From Macrostomum hystrix (Eukaryota; Animalia; Platyhelminthes), in assembly GCA_950097015.1 (NCBI GenBank), contig CATNEN010000038.1, positions 33,232,001 through 33,296,000 of the forward strand: DNA of 64,000 nucleotides, read 5' to 3'. How positions within the stretch are numbered: the stretch's first letter is position 1; each line of letters begins with the position of its first letter. The notes under the pieces were generated by a model. That model did not search any database. It was not told where the DNA came from and was given only the letters and a program-made list of their open reading frames with translations. Below are positions 36,048 through 48,900 of this stretch, one piece after another. The position numbers were made by a program, and so were the translations under genes.

Positions 36048-36779
36048 TACTTATATATGATTGCTTACTCCATCATATTTACAACTTAGAGCTGTCTCAG
36101 TACTCTATAATAAAAAAATAGCCTCGGATGCTCTGCATGTGAAAGTAGAATTAAGAAAGATGCCTAAGGCAGATGACCACACTCAAACTTCTAAATAGTT
36201 ACAAATAAAGTAAAAATCTCCATTGGTGTGCGAGATTTCCTTTTCCATAAAGATGTCACAGTTTTTTCTAATTTTTCCCTGCGGTTTCTCTATAACTACT
36301 AGGCCTATTTTTCATTTTACGCATTTGTCTGTTTTGCCCTTGGTGAAGGATCGTGTGTGAAGTAATTCCCGCTGTCGTGAAATTCGTTATTCCTCTTTTC
36401 TCGTTTCCAGGCTCGTTTCATACTCGTTCTTTTTTGTTGGCCTACTATTTAAAATTTACCATCAAAAGTATGCATTTCTCCATTCAGGAACAAAATGAAT
36501 TTACTAGAATGATGCTCATGCTTTTTTCCTTCTCCTCCTTATTACAAATATTTTGCATTTTACCACTTTTGTTGGCTATTAAATTTTTCTGGTACTGGTT
36601 CTTGTACTGGACTGACATATTGATTTATGAGTTTTTATTTAATTTTAATAATGTCATTTAGAGTATTTGATAAGCACAAAGGTAACAAAAGGTGTGTACT
36701 ATGTGAATAAAAATGTGTGTAGGCCTATATGTTTAAGTTTTAAATTGTGACAGACTAAAGAGAAAATGAAATGCAGATA

Positions 36780-37439
36780 GGGTAATGTATCATCAACCGA
36801 ACAGTGTATCTTCAAAACCGAACAAGAATTTCGACTTCTTCCTTGGTCTTGTGCAAGACAGAAACAAGCTATTGTGTTTCACAGAACAACTAATCTGAAA
36901 GTTGAAGAAATTATCTACAAGCTGAGGCATGATGTGCAATGAAGCATTAAGAGGAAAGAAAGATATTGATGTTTTAGTAGAATTTTTATTGCAAAAGCAT
37001 AGGCCTACTTTTTAGCAGCATTTTTTCAGTATGTACTTTAGATGAAGATTGTATGTGGTTGCTTGCCAATTAAATGACCATAAATGTAGTTATTTATAGA
37101 GCATGAAAAATGCTTTCAAATTACATAATTCATGATAGTTCACTCCTTAAAATAACATTAAACCACTCATTCAAATTGTAAAACCAAACATCAAATTCTC
37201 TGTTTGGTTTGAAGATACATGAAAATCATTGTTTGGTTTTAGATAAAAAGCAGGAATAACTTTTTTTCTATTTGATAAAATAGCAAAACCAGATACTTTT
37301 TAGAAAGATGTAACTGTTTTCTATAGGCCTAACTTGGCTTTTCATTTATCATCATAAGCCTATCTTAAATAGAAAATCTGTAGCTTAGGTTTGAAGTTAA
37401 AAAAATACACATTCTTGTTTGGTTGATGATACATTACCC
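36780..37439. mobile_element. TA-flanked MITE
   Basis: TIR GGGTAATGTATCATCAACC(G/A)AACA, 24 bp with 1 mismatch, at both ends. Confidence 0.8.
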
Positions 37440-37657
37440 TAGCTATGAACTGTATTTTTGTATGTGTAAATTACTAGGCCTACTTGGTAATAGGTTTTAA
37501 CATAGATAGCAGTTATTACTAGGTTCTATTAAGTTCTTACATTGTAACTATTAGTAATTATTCATATCAGCAAAGCATTCATTCATGTTGTTAACAAAAT
37601 CAATTATACTCATTCCAGATTGCTCAAGCTTAAATCTAGACTCTGCCTGCAAACTCA

Positions 37658-40600
37658 ATGAACAAAGCCAATGCTGTGCGTGGAAATGATGGCCTAGTGC
37701 TTCTTTATGAAGCAGCTATGTTACTTGAGCAGAAGGACTTAATGAAGCCCAACCAGAGTCTACTGGGCCTACAACAGCCAAGCATTGGACTAACTCGTAT
37801 GTTTGTATTGTTCTTTCTTTGTAGCTAGCCATAAATTATAAATTAGACATGCATTATTCTAAACTTATTTTGTTTGAATTCCAGGTGCAGTTAGTCTACC
37901 AGTGGCACTTCCAGTATCCAAGCCTATTGCTCCTGGCTCCACCGCTATACAAGTAACTTTGCCAAAGGCTAGACAGTTTAGCATTTTTAAATCTATCCAC
38001 AAGCCAACCATTGGCACAATGCCCATGTCTGTAGGCCATAGGCCTATAGCTGTGCCTGTATTAACTAGTACTACTACTACTGGCACTAATGGCTCCATCA
38101 CTTCATCAATCAGCTTTGACCTACTAGATCCAATTGTACAAAGGCAAAATGGCAGCATTAATGTAGTTAATAATATAATTAATAATGCTATATTGCCATC
38201 AGATTGCAATTATCAAGGCAATCAACATAACCTGGACGCATTGCCAACATTTGGCTTTGGTAGCACCATTACAATGAGCCCCAGTAAAAGGCTATCACTG
38301 ACTAGTAGGTCAAGCCACAATGAGCTAGAGAAGACAAGGTGAGTAAATAGTTAAATAATTATTGTTAACTTTTTAATGTTTGTTAGATATGTCTATTAAA
38401 AACTGGCAAAGGAAATTGAATTCATAAAAAGTAGTTTCAGCTTATTTTCAAATTACAAAAGCAATATACTATAGTAGCTGTTCTGTTTTACATGTCTAAA
38501 ATGGCATAAACAAGAACATAGCCTATAATTGCATTTTTTAGTGTGTGCATTAAATTAATTAAACTATCATTTTGATATAAAATGTAAGTTCATAACATAT
38601 TATGGTTAGATTAAGATCAAAAGCAAAATGATCTATCTTTAGCTATTCATATACTCTATGTATCTGTACTACCAAGCTATCATATGTTAAAATGCTTACA
38701 CTAGAAATCTAGCTGTATCTACAAAATTAAGGGCCTAAATATAAAAAATTAGGTTTTCTAACACTAGTCAGATTGTATTATCTTGCCATTAACTTTTTGA
38801 TTTAGTTAATAACTAGACAAAATAGCATTCATATAAATATAAATAGCTAGCTATTGTTTTAATTACACTAATTATTTCTTCAGCATGAAGCCATTGACTA
38901 CCATACATTGTGCCACAGAAATGCAACAAGCAAGTATCTGAAAGACACAAATAGGCAAAGTTCTTGTTGCCAGGTCAATTAGGGTAGATAATTAGATAAA
39001 ATTTAATAAAAGATCTACCTGGGAGATTGTTAACTAGAATTCAGTGACTAGAATTCTAGGACATTGTTAACTGGGATTATGTGATACTATTGATTGGGAT
39101 TCTTGAAATTAAGACAAATGAGCAATCTGTTTCAAATCCCGATTGCACCCCCATTGTAGGCGAGCCAAATTGCGAGACTGCATAGAAACTCTACGAGACG
39201 AGCTGCCGCCAGTTCAGGGCGAATCAACTCGCATGACAATGCTGTCTGTGCTAATGCGTGCTAGTGTCTACATGAAGGTATTATAATATAAGCTGGGGTT
39301 TATGCATATAATTAGGGAGTTTATTATATCAATATCTATTAGCAGCTTAGCTCCAATAAGATACTTCTTTCTTTAAACTGCACAGTTGCAAAGTGGTTGA
39401 ACGATCACATACTAGGGATCTGAAGACAGTAGCTAGGTCTCCCACTATATTTATCCCAATTTAAAATCTCACTTAATTGATCTGGGAATTAGGTAGGGAA
39501 ATCCCACTTTAACGATCTGGGTATAAATATGTGGAATTCTGAATGTTATAAAAGGAGTCCGTAACGGAACGCCACTTTTCCCCATTCGTCTGTTAACATT
39601 GCTTGTCACTCCGCAGGATCTAGAGCAGCTGTCCCAGGAGCAGCGAGCTCAGCTTCGCGTATTGGAACGGCGCCGGGTTGAGCTGCAGATACGGAGAGCC
39701 CAGCTGCTCCGAATGCGGCACAATTTGAAGATTCGAACCAAAGCCGCCGCCACTGGGGCCTCGGCAAGTCGGGCAAGCTCAAGCAATGGCGAGTTGTTCA
39801 AAGCTAATCTAATATAGAAAGTGAACGTGTATTCCCAAGGGCAGACATTATCAGGTCCTTTGCATAGTAGCATGGCTAATAGGTGGCTTCCTGTGCAAGG
39901 TCCACTAATGATCCATTTGAATAATGTAGGACAGTTTGAGTTAGCTGTGTAGGAAATAGTTAATAGCTAATGTAGCGGGACAGCTATAAACACTTAAAAA
40001 TTTACTTTTTTACTTTAAAAAAACTCATTAAGGAGTAGAGGCAAACAGTCTGAGGTGGGTAGAGGCAAACAGACTGAGGTAGGTAGAGGCAAACAGTCTG
40101 AGGTGGGTAGAGGCAAACAGTCTGAGGTGGGTAGAGGCAAACAGACTGAGGTGGGTAGAGGCAAACAGTCTGAGGTGGGTAGAGGCAAACAGACTGAGGT
40201 GGGTAGAGGCAAACAGTCTGAGGTGGGTAGAGGCAAACAGACTGAGGTGGGTAGAGGCAAACAGTCTGAGGTGGGTAGAGGCAAACAGTCTGAGGTGGGT
40301 AGAGGCAAACAGTCTGAGGTGGGTAGAGGCAAACAGTCTGAGGTGGGTAGAGGCAAACAGTCTGAGGTGGGTAGAGGCAAACAGTCTGAGGTGGGTAGAG
40401 GCAAACAGTCTGAGGTGGGTAGAGGCAAACAGTCTGAGGTGGGTAGAGGCAAACAGACTGAGGTAGGTAGAGGCAAACAGTCTGAGGTGGGTAGAGGCAA
40501 ACAGACTGAGGTAGGTAGAGGCAAACAGTCTGAGGTGGGTAGAGGCAAACAGACTGAGGTAGGTAGAGGCAAACAGTCTGAGGTGGGTAGAGGCAAACAG

Positions 40601-40966
40601 TCTGAGGTGGGTAGAGGCAAACAGACTGAGGTAGGTAGAGGCAAACAGTCTGACGTGGGTAGAGGCAAACAGTCTGAGGTGGGTAGAGGCAAACAGACTG
40701 AGGTGGGTAGAGGCAAACAGTCTGAGGTGGGTAGAGGCAAACAGTCTGAGGTGGGTAGAGGCAAACAGACTGAGGCAGACAGTAAAAATGTTTATTCCCG
40801 ATTCCAACAACAATCCGCAGCTGTTTCGCCCGCACCGCTGCTGCAGCAGCATCAACGCGAACAGCATCAGCGTCTGCCCATTTCTCTGCAGCACCGAATC
40901 ACTTTTCAACTGGCCGCTGACGCCGAATTCGCTCGCAGGTCGTCTAGCTATGCTCCGAAATTATAG
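37658..40966 (+). CDS. Mad/Mxd/Mxi1-like bHLH-Zip repressor; exons 37658-37796, 37885-38338, 39160-39277, 39617-39788, 40779-40966 (last exon tentative; otherwise stop at 39817)
   Basis: Sin3-interaction-like LVLLYEAAMLLE, bHLH RSSHNELEKTRRAKLRDCIETLRDELP...TMLSVLMRASVYMK and leucine zipper DLEQL...LRVLERRRVEL; splice phases are consistent. Confidence 0.85.
40033..40776. repeat. Minisatellite, 24-bp unit GGTAGAGGCAAACAG(T/A)CTGAGGT(G/A), ~31 copies
   Basis: Directly visible array. Confidence 0.97.
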
Positions 40967-41147
40967 CCAATCAAGTTGAGTTTGTTTAGTGACCAATCTC
41001 AGTAGAATTTGCTATTGGAACTTCGTATTTTCTGTCCGCAGCTTACTAATTAAAAGCAAGTGAATCGTTGTGTCTCATTTTTAGTCTCTTTAGTTTTTGC
41101 TAACTGCACTCGTGCATTGTGACCCAATTATTTAACTCACAATTCAT

Positions 41148-41415
41148 CTGTCTCCCTCTACCCTCTGTCACCTTCTACCCCAGTCTGTGTCCCTCTCCCC
41201 CAGTCTGCCCCCCTCTACCGTCTGTCACCTACCCTAGTCTGTCTCCCTCTACCCTAGTCTGTCTCCCTCTACCCCAGTCTGTCTCTCTCTACCGTCTGTC
41301 TCCCTCTACCCCACTTTGTCTCCCTCTACCCCAGTCTGTCTCTCTCTACCCTCTATCACCCTCTACCCCAGTCTGTCTTCCTCTACCCTCTGTCCCCCTT
41401 TACCACTCTACCCTC
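41148..41415. repeat. Degenerate ~20-bp C-rich minisatellite (ACCCCAGTCTGTCTCCCTCT)
   Basis: Visible array; its reverse complement matches the 40033 unit at 17 of 20 positions. Confidence 0.85.
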
Positions 41416-42061
41416 TTCAAACTCTCCCCTGATAACTGCATCTACCACGTTCCCAATGTGCCTCCCACTCTTCTGAATTTTCGGTCACTACTACTAGTCA
41501 CTGCTCGTAGGCAGACAGAATATGTTTGCAAGTGTTGTATGCGAGTTTAGTTTTGTTAATTTTTTTCAGCGTTTGAATCGATCTTGTTTTGAAATGATAC
41601 AAACCAGGTATTTTAAAAATGCATTTTTCTGCATCGCTAACAATCTGTTCTGCTATGACAAAAACCCCGGTTGCCAATAGCAACGAAGATGCGGCAACAA
41701 TCTATACGAGTAAGTACTGTCAGACAATACTGTAACTCTAATGACTTTATTAAAACTTATTTATTTCTGAATGTCAGTTGAAATACTGGAACCCCTAGTT
41801 CCAAATTCATTACAAGCAAAATACACTGCGAAACTAAGGTTTTATGGACTGAAAAAACATAAATGTAAAATATCAGCAACGTTGGACTTATTTTTCATTT
41901 CTTATATCTGTGATATAATTTTTCATACACAATATAATATACTTATCTGCCTAGTTACAACACTTGACACTTGGAATTTGTGAGTTCATGGAAAGCGGTT
42001 TAAGCTGTAGGTTTCCTGTGGCAGATATTGTGTTGCTGGCGTGGCTAGTGTTTATGCAGAT

Positions 42062-42912
42062 GCTGTGGTGATTATTCAGAGGCTGTGATGTTTATGCGGG
42101 GCTGTGGTGATTATTCAGAGGCTGTGATGTTTATGCGGGGCTGTGGTGATTATTCAGAGGCTGTGATGTTTATACGGGGCTGTGGTGATTATTCAGAGGC
42201 TGTGATGTTTATGCGGGGCTGTGGTGATTATTCAGAGGCTGTGATGTTTATGCGGAGCTTTGGTGATTATTCAGAGGCTGTGATGTTTATACGGGGCTGT
42301 GGTGATTATTCAGAGGCTGTGATGTTTATGCGGGGCTGTGGTGATTATTCAGAGGCTGTGATGTTTATGCGGGGCTGTGGTGATTATTCAGAGGCTGTGA
42401 TGTTTATGCGGGGCTGTGGTGATTATTCAGAGGCTGTGATGTTTATACGGGGCTGTGGTGATTATTCAGAGGCTGTGATGTTTATGCGGGGCTGTGGTGA
42501 TTATTCAGAGGCTGTGATGTTTATGCGGAGCTGTGGTGATTATTCAGAGGCTGTGATGTTTATACGGGGCTGTGGTGATTATTCAGAGGCTGTGATGTTT
42601 ATGCGGGGCTGTGGTGATTATTCAGAGGCTGTGATGTTTATGCGGGGCTGTGGTGATTATTCAGAGGCTGTGATGTTTATGCGGGGCTGTGGTGATTATT
42701 CAGAGGCTGTGGTGTTTATTCATAGGCTGTGATGTTTATGCGGGGCTGTGGTGATTATTCAGAGGCTGTGATGTTTATGCGGGGCTGTGGTGATTATTCA
42801 GAGGCTGTGATGTTTATGCGGGGCTGTGGTGATTATTCAGAGGCTGTGATGTCTATGCGGGGCTGTGGTGATTATTCAGAGGCTATCATGTTTATGCCAA
42901 TGCTGTGGTGAT
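42062..42912. repeat. Minisatellite, 39-bp unit (20+19 dimer), ~22 copies
   Basis: Unit GCTGTGGTGATTATTCAGAG-GCTGTGATGTTTATGCGGG. Confidence 0.97.
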
Positions 42913-43822
42913 TGTTTTTGTTCACAGGTTGTGATTTTCTATTTTCAAGGCCTTTTCAGTAAGCATCAAAGCAAAGCATATCCGTTAATGATTAATCGAT
43001 TAATAGTCATAACAGTTAGGCAGCTAAATTCAAATAAAGTCTCCAATAAAATAGGGACATATTGTGTATTAGTTTAATAGTAAGGAGCGCATATTCTATT
43101 GCCAGTTTTTTCAATCAAAAAAGAAATTTTAAGCCTTTTGCACTACTTAATGTTTCAGGCTTAAGGAGAACATGGTGATATTAGTAGCGAAAAAAGACCA
43201 TGATAGACTAGGCTCAAATGGCTTATTGTAGCAGCAGGCATAGGAATCGAAGCCTGGATATGCAGAGCTATACGAAATGAAATTAAACAATTTCTTATTG
43301 CATACAACCAGTAAACCGCGCAAAATACCATAATAAGCTGTGATAAACTAGAGTCGGAAAACAAGGCTAAAACACAAGCGTTTCGAGACCTGACAAACAA
43401 TCAGTAAACCATAGATTCAGAGCAAAACCAATAAACGAATGCGTGAGCTGAATATACTACTGAATTGAATCAGCTTAACAGCGACACTATATTGCTGGCA
43501 TTTATGCATTGCCAAAGAACATAACTCCGAGATTGAGACTGGGAAGAAAGGTTAGAAAGTCTTAGTTTGGCATGCGTAGAAATCTGTAAAAGTAAAGATT
43601 CTATTTTGCAAAACAGCTTTACCTTGGCTCGCTCAATGAAAACACTGACTTAATAGGAGAGTGAACTAAGATTGGCCAAGTAAAAATATATATTTCTTTT
43701 TGTGTAAAAAGAGATTACAACACATTTTCATTAGAACACATCGACATTGACAGGTTAGGATAAAAATTGCAGTACTAGCGTGTGTACCAGCGTTTGCATA
43801 ATTGAGGGGTGGGTAAGGGTCG

Positions 43823-44345
43823 TGGCAGGGCTAGCTCATGTACATAGAGGAGTGGGTAGGGGTGGTAGGGTTAGGTCATGTACATAGAGGAGTGGGTAGG
43901 GGTGGCAGGGCTAGCTCATGTACATAGAGGAGTGGGTAGGGGTGGCAGGGTTAGGTCATTTACATAGAGGAGTGGGTAGGGGTGGCAGGGCTAGCTCATG
44001 TACATAGAGGAGTGGGTAGGGGTGGCAGGGTTAGGTCATTTACATAGAGGAGTGGGTAGGGGTGGCAGGGCTAGCTCATGTACATAGAGGAGTGGGTAGG
44101 GGTGGCAGGGCTAGCTCATGTACATAGAGGAGTGGGTAGGGGTGGCAGGGTTAGGTCATGTACACAGAGGAGTGGGTAGGGGTGGCAGGGTTAGGTCATG
44201 TACATAGAGGAGTGGGTAGGGGTGGCAGGGTTAGGTCATGTACATAGAGGAGTGGGTAGGGGTGGCAGGGTTAGGTCATGTACATAGAGGAGTGGGTAGG
44301 GGTGGCAGGGCTAGCTCATGTAATTTAGGAGTGGGTAGGGGTTGC
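43823..44345. repeat. G-rich minisatellite, 40-bp unit, ~13 copies
   Basis: Unit GGCAGGG(CTAGC/TTAGG)TCATGTACATAGAGGAGTGGGTAGGGGT. Confidence 0.96.
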
Positions 44346-44912
44346 AGAATTAGCTGGTGTACATTGAGTAGGTAGGGGTTGCAGGGCTAGCTTGTGTTCA
44401 TTGAGTGGCTAGCATTGAGAGTGGCTAGTGTAGGTTACAATAAAAATTACAGAATAAAGATACTTGAACAACAGAAATTAGCAACTTGGAAAGTTCATAA
44501 ATAAAGCTAAAATGAAGCGCCTAATATTTAGGTTTTGATGTAGCTTACAAAAATATGTATTCATATATAAGTGTATAAGGCGTAATGCTTTAATAAAAGC
44601 TAATATAAGAAAAGAATATAATTCAGAAAATTGTAAGGAAAATTTTATTTTAGAACAATCTATTGCACAAGCTTAACAATCGTAATAAAAATACATAATA
44701 TTGTGGCCTCTTTAACATACAAACAAAATAAGTGCGTGTTGCACTAAAAATGGATAACAATAATTAAGTCAACAGTCCGGAAAATTGCAGCAAAAGCGCA
44801 AGAAAACACAGCTATATTTCCTATAATATATATAATAAGATTCGATTCGATGTAACAAATGACGTCAGGTGAGACATCACAAGTCATAGAGAAACTTGGA
44901 ATGATGGATAAG

Positions 44913-45783
44913 TAGCAGATGGAGTCAGTGGATAATGGACAGGTGGAGTCAGCGGATAATGGACAGGTGGAGTCAGCGGATAATGGACAGGTGGAGTCAG
45001 AGGATAATGGACAGGTGGAGTCAGCGGATAATGGACAGGCGGAGTCAGAGGATAATGGACAGGTGGAGTCAGCGGATAATGGACAGGTGGAGTCAGCGGA
45101 TAATGGACAGGTGGAGTCAGAGGATAATGGACAGGTGGAGTCAGCGGATAATGGACAGGTGGAGTCAGACGATAGTGGACAGGTGGAGTCAGAGGATAAT
45201 GGACAGGTGGAGTCAGCGGATAATGGACAGGTGGAGTCAGAGGATAATGGACAGGTGGAGTCAGAGGATAATGGACAGGTGGAGTCAGCGGATAATGGAC
45301 AGGTGGAGTCAGACGATAGTGGACAGGTGGAGTCAGAGGATAATGGACAGGTGGAGTCAGAGGATGATGGACAGTTGGAGTCAGAGGATAATGAACAGGT
45401 GGAGTCAGAGGATGATGGACAGGTGGAGTCAGTGGATAATGGACAGGTGAGTCAGTGGATAATGGACAGGTGAGTCAGTGGATAATGGACAGTTGGAGTC
45501 AGAGGATAATGGAAAGGTGGAGTCAGAGGATAATGGACAGGTGGAGTCAGAGGATAATGGACAGGTGGAGTCAGCGGATAATGGACAGGTGGAGTCAGAC
45601 GATAGTGGACAGGTGGAGTCAGAGGATAATGGACAGGTGGAGTCAGAGGATGATGGACAGTTGGAGTCAGTGGATAATGGACAGGTGGAGTCAGAGGATG
45701 ATGGACAGGTGGAGTCAGTGGATAATGGACAGGTGGAGTCAGAGGATGATGGACAGGTGGAGTCAGTGGATGATGGACAGGTG
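44913..45783. repeat. Minisatellite, 24-bp unit GGATAATGGACAGGTGGAGTCAG(C/A), ~36 copies
   Basis: Directly visible array. Confidence 0.97.
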
Positions 45784-45933
45784 GTGTTAAACGATTAAAA
45801 AGCAGAAAATATTAATGATCAAAATGTAAAGTTTCATATTCCAAAACGCCACCATAAAACAATCAAATTTGACATGAATATAGTCGATTCATAGAGAATA
45901 AGCTGTGATTTTTCCGTGCGTGTGTGAGTGTGT

Positions 45934-48900
45934 TTACATGCGCCTTCTGGCGACAGAGGCAGCAACTGGCGGCATAGGAAAGTATTCCCTGTAGCGCCTG
46001 ACAATATAGGCCTGTAGGCGGCCCAGGCAGCACGAGTAGGGCACAATGTACTTTTGCGCCAGAAACACGAGCTCGCTAGGACCACCTGGCTGGGTTGGAA
46101 GGCAGAGCAGTAGCAATGCGCAGCAGATGTGGCCAGCAAAGTACATGGCGGACCAGAAGCGCAAGGCGTAGCCCATCTCTAGGAGGAAAAACACGCCCTG
46201 TGCGTAGTTCTGAGCTAGGTTGGCACAAACGGCTGTTAGGCAGTCGTAGGCTAATGCCGAGCCTTGGCCAGATTGAAAATGCGGCCGAACCAATCGTCTG
46301 ACTCGCCTAGCGGTGAATGTGAACACGGCGAATGTGATAAAGAAGCAATAATAGCCCGGATAGAAGCCGTGCCACAGAGCCGACAGGACAAAGGTTAAGA
46401 GGGTGGCGTGACGCCCCGGACTTCGCTCGTACACCAGCTCTCGGAGCCACCTGCGCGTTTAAGGGATCGGCGTATTATGTACAGGAAGCACTTTTGTTAG
46501 TCATCTCAGGGATTTCACATATAGATTAATCTGAGGGATTTCAAAGGGATCAATCTGAGGGATTTTAAATAGATTAACCTGAAGTTATTGTTATATAACC
46601 CACACTTATATTATTCCACACAATTTCAAAAAAAGTCATCTGAGGTATTTCAAGAGTGTCATCTGAGGGATTTCAAGAGTGTCATCTGAGGGATTTCAAG
46701 AGTGTCATCTGAGGTATTTCAAGAGTGTCATCTGAGGGATTTCAAGAGTGTCATCTGAGGGATTTCAAGAGTGTCATCTGAGGGATTTCAAGAGTGTCAT
46801 CTGAGGGATTTCAAGAGTGTTATCTGAAGGATTTCAAGAGTGTTATCTGAGGGATTTCAAGAGTGTCATCTGAGGGATTTCAAGAGTGTCATCTGAGGGA
46901 TTTCAAGAGTGTTATCTGAGGGATTTCAAGAGTGTCATCTGAGGGATTTCAAGAGTGTCATCTTAGGGATTTCAAGAGTGTTATCTGAAGGATTTCAAGA
47001 GTGTTATCTGAAGGATTTCAAGAGTGTTATCTGAAGGATTTCAAGAGTGTTATCTGAGGGATTTCAAGAGTGTTATCTGAGGGATTTCAAGAGTGTCATC
47101 TGAGGGATTTCAAGAGTGTCATCTGAGGGATTTCAAGAGTGTTATCTGAGGGATTTCAAGAGTGTCATCTGAGGGATTTCAAGAGTGTCATCTTAGGGAT
47201 TTCAAGAGTGTTATCTGAAGGATTTCAAGAGTGTTATCTGAAGGATTTCAAGAGTGTTATCTGAAGGATTTCAAGAGTGTTATCTGAGGGATTTCAAGAG
47301 TGTTATCTGAGGGATTTCAAGAGTGTCATCTGAGGGATTTCAAGAGTGTTATCTGAGGGATTTCAAGAGTGTCATCTGAGAGATTTCAAGAGTGTCATCT
47401 GAGGGATTTCAAGAGTGTCATCTTAGGGATTTCAAGAGTGTTATCTGAAAGATTTCAAGAGTGTTATCTGAAGGATTTCAAGAGTGTTATCTGAAGGATT
47501 TCAAGAGTGTTATCTGAGGGATTTCAAGAGTGTTATCTGAGGGATTTCAAGAGTGTTATCTGAAGGATTTCAAGAGTGTTATCTGAAGGATTTCAAGAGT
47601 GTTATCTGAGGGATTTCAAGAGTGTTATCTGAGGGATTTCAAGAGTGTTATCTGAAGGATTTCAAGAGTGTTATCTGAAGGATTTCAAGAGTGTTATCTG
47701 AAGGATTTCAAGAGTGTTATCTGAGGGATTTCAAGAGTGTTATCTGAGGGATTTCAAGAGTGTTATCTGAAGGATTTCAAGAGTGTTATCTGAGGGATTT
47801 CAAGAGTGTCATCTGAGGGATTTCAAGAGTGTTATCTGAGGGATTTCAAGAGTGTTATCTGAGGGATTTCAAGAGTGTCATCTGAGGGATTTCAAGAGTG
47901 TCATCTGAGGGATTTCAAGAGTGTTATCTGAGGGATTTCAAGAGTGTTATCTGAGGGATTTCAAGAGTGTCATCTGAGGGATTTCAAGAGTGTCATCTGA
48001 GGGATTTCAAGAGTGTTATCTGAGGGATTTCAAGAGTGTCATCTGAGGGATTTCAAGAGTGTCATCTGAGGGATTTCAAGAGTGTCATCTGAAGGATTTC
48101 AAGAGTGTTATCTGAAGGATTTCAAGAGTGTTATCTGAGGGATTTCAAGAGTGTCATCTGAGGGATTTCAAGAGTGTTATCTGAGGGATTTCAAGAGTGT
48201 CATCTGAGGGATTTCAAGAGTGTTATCTGAGGGATTTCAAGAGTGTTATCTGAGGGATTTCAAGAGTGTTATCTGAAGGATTTCAAGAGTGTTATCTGAA
48301 GGATTTCAAGAGTGTCATCTGAGGGATTTCAAGAGTGTTATCTGAGGGATTTCAAAGTGAGTCATCTGACGATTAAAGACTGAGGATCTACAAGAGCTTT
48401 CTGAGTATACTTTGATGAGCTGAGAGTGAGGAATGAGCATACCTGGCGGTGGGCACATTCCAGCCAGCCACCACAGTTCTTATGCTGGTGCCGCATTCGA
48501 CATCGCGCAGGTAGAAGCTCTTAGCCAGGTTGTAGCTGGGCCGGCCAGTAGCCGGATCTCGGCCGCTATAGCCGAAGCCGTGTGCCAGACAGGCAGCCTC
48601 GGCCAGCGACCAGGCGAAATAGTACTTGCAGCGGACTAGGAAGAATGCGCCGCTGACGTAGACAATTCGGCGCGGCAGGCTGAGCTGAACGAAGCCGTCG
48701 GACACCACCTGATTTTTGTGTGGGAAGTGTGGGCAGTGTGTGGGAAATGTGGGCAGTGTGTGAGAAGTGTGGGCAGTGTGGGAAGTGTGGGCAGTGTGGG
48801 AAGTGTGGGCAGTGTGGGAAGTGTGGGCAGTGTGAGAAGTGTGGGCAGTGTGGGAAGTGTGGGCAGTGTGGGAAGTGTGGGCAGTGTGGGAAGTGTGGGC

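Noticed and set aside
43860-44280. Interstitial telomeric repeat (AGGGTTAGG)
   Set aside because: Only an isolated variant within a 40-bp unit; there is no (TTAGGG)n run.
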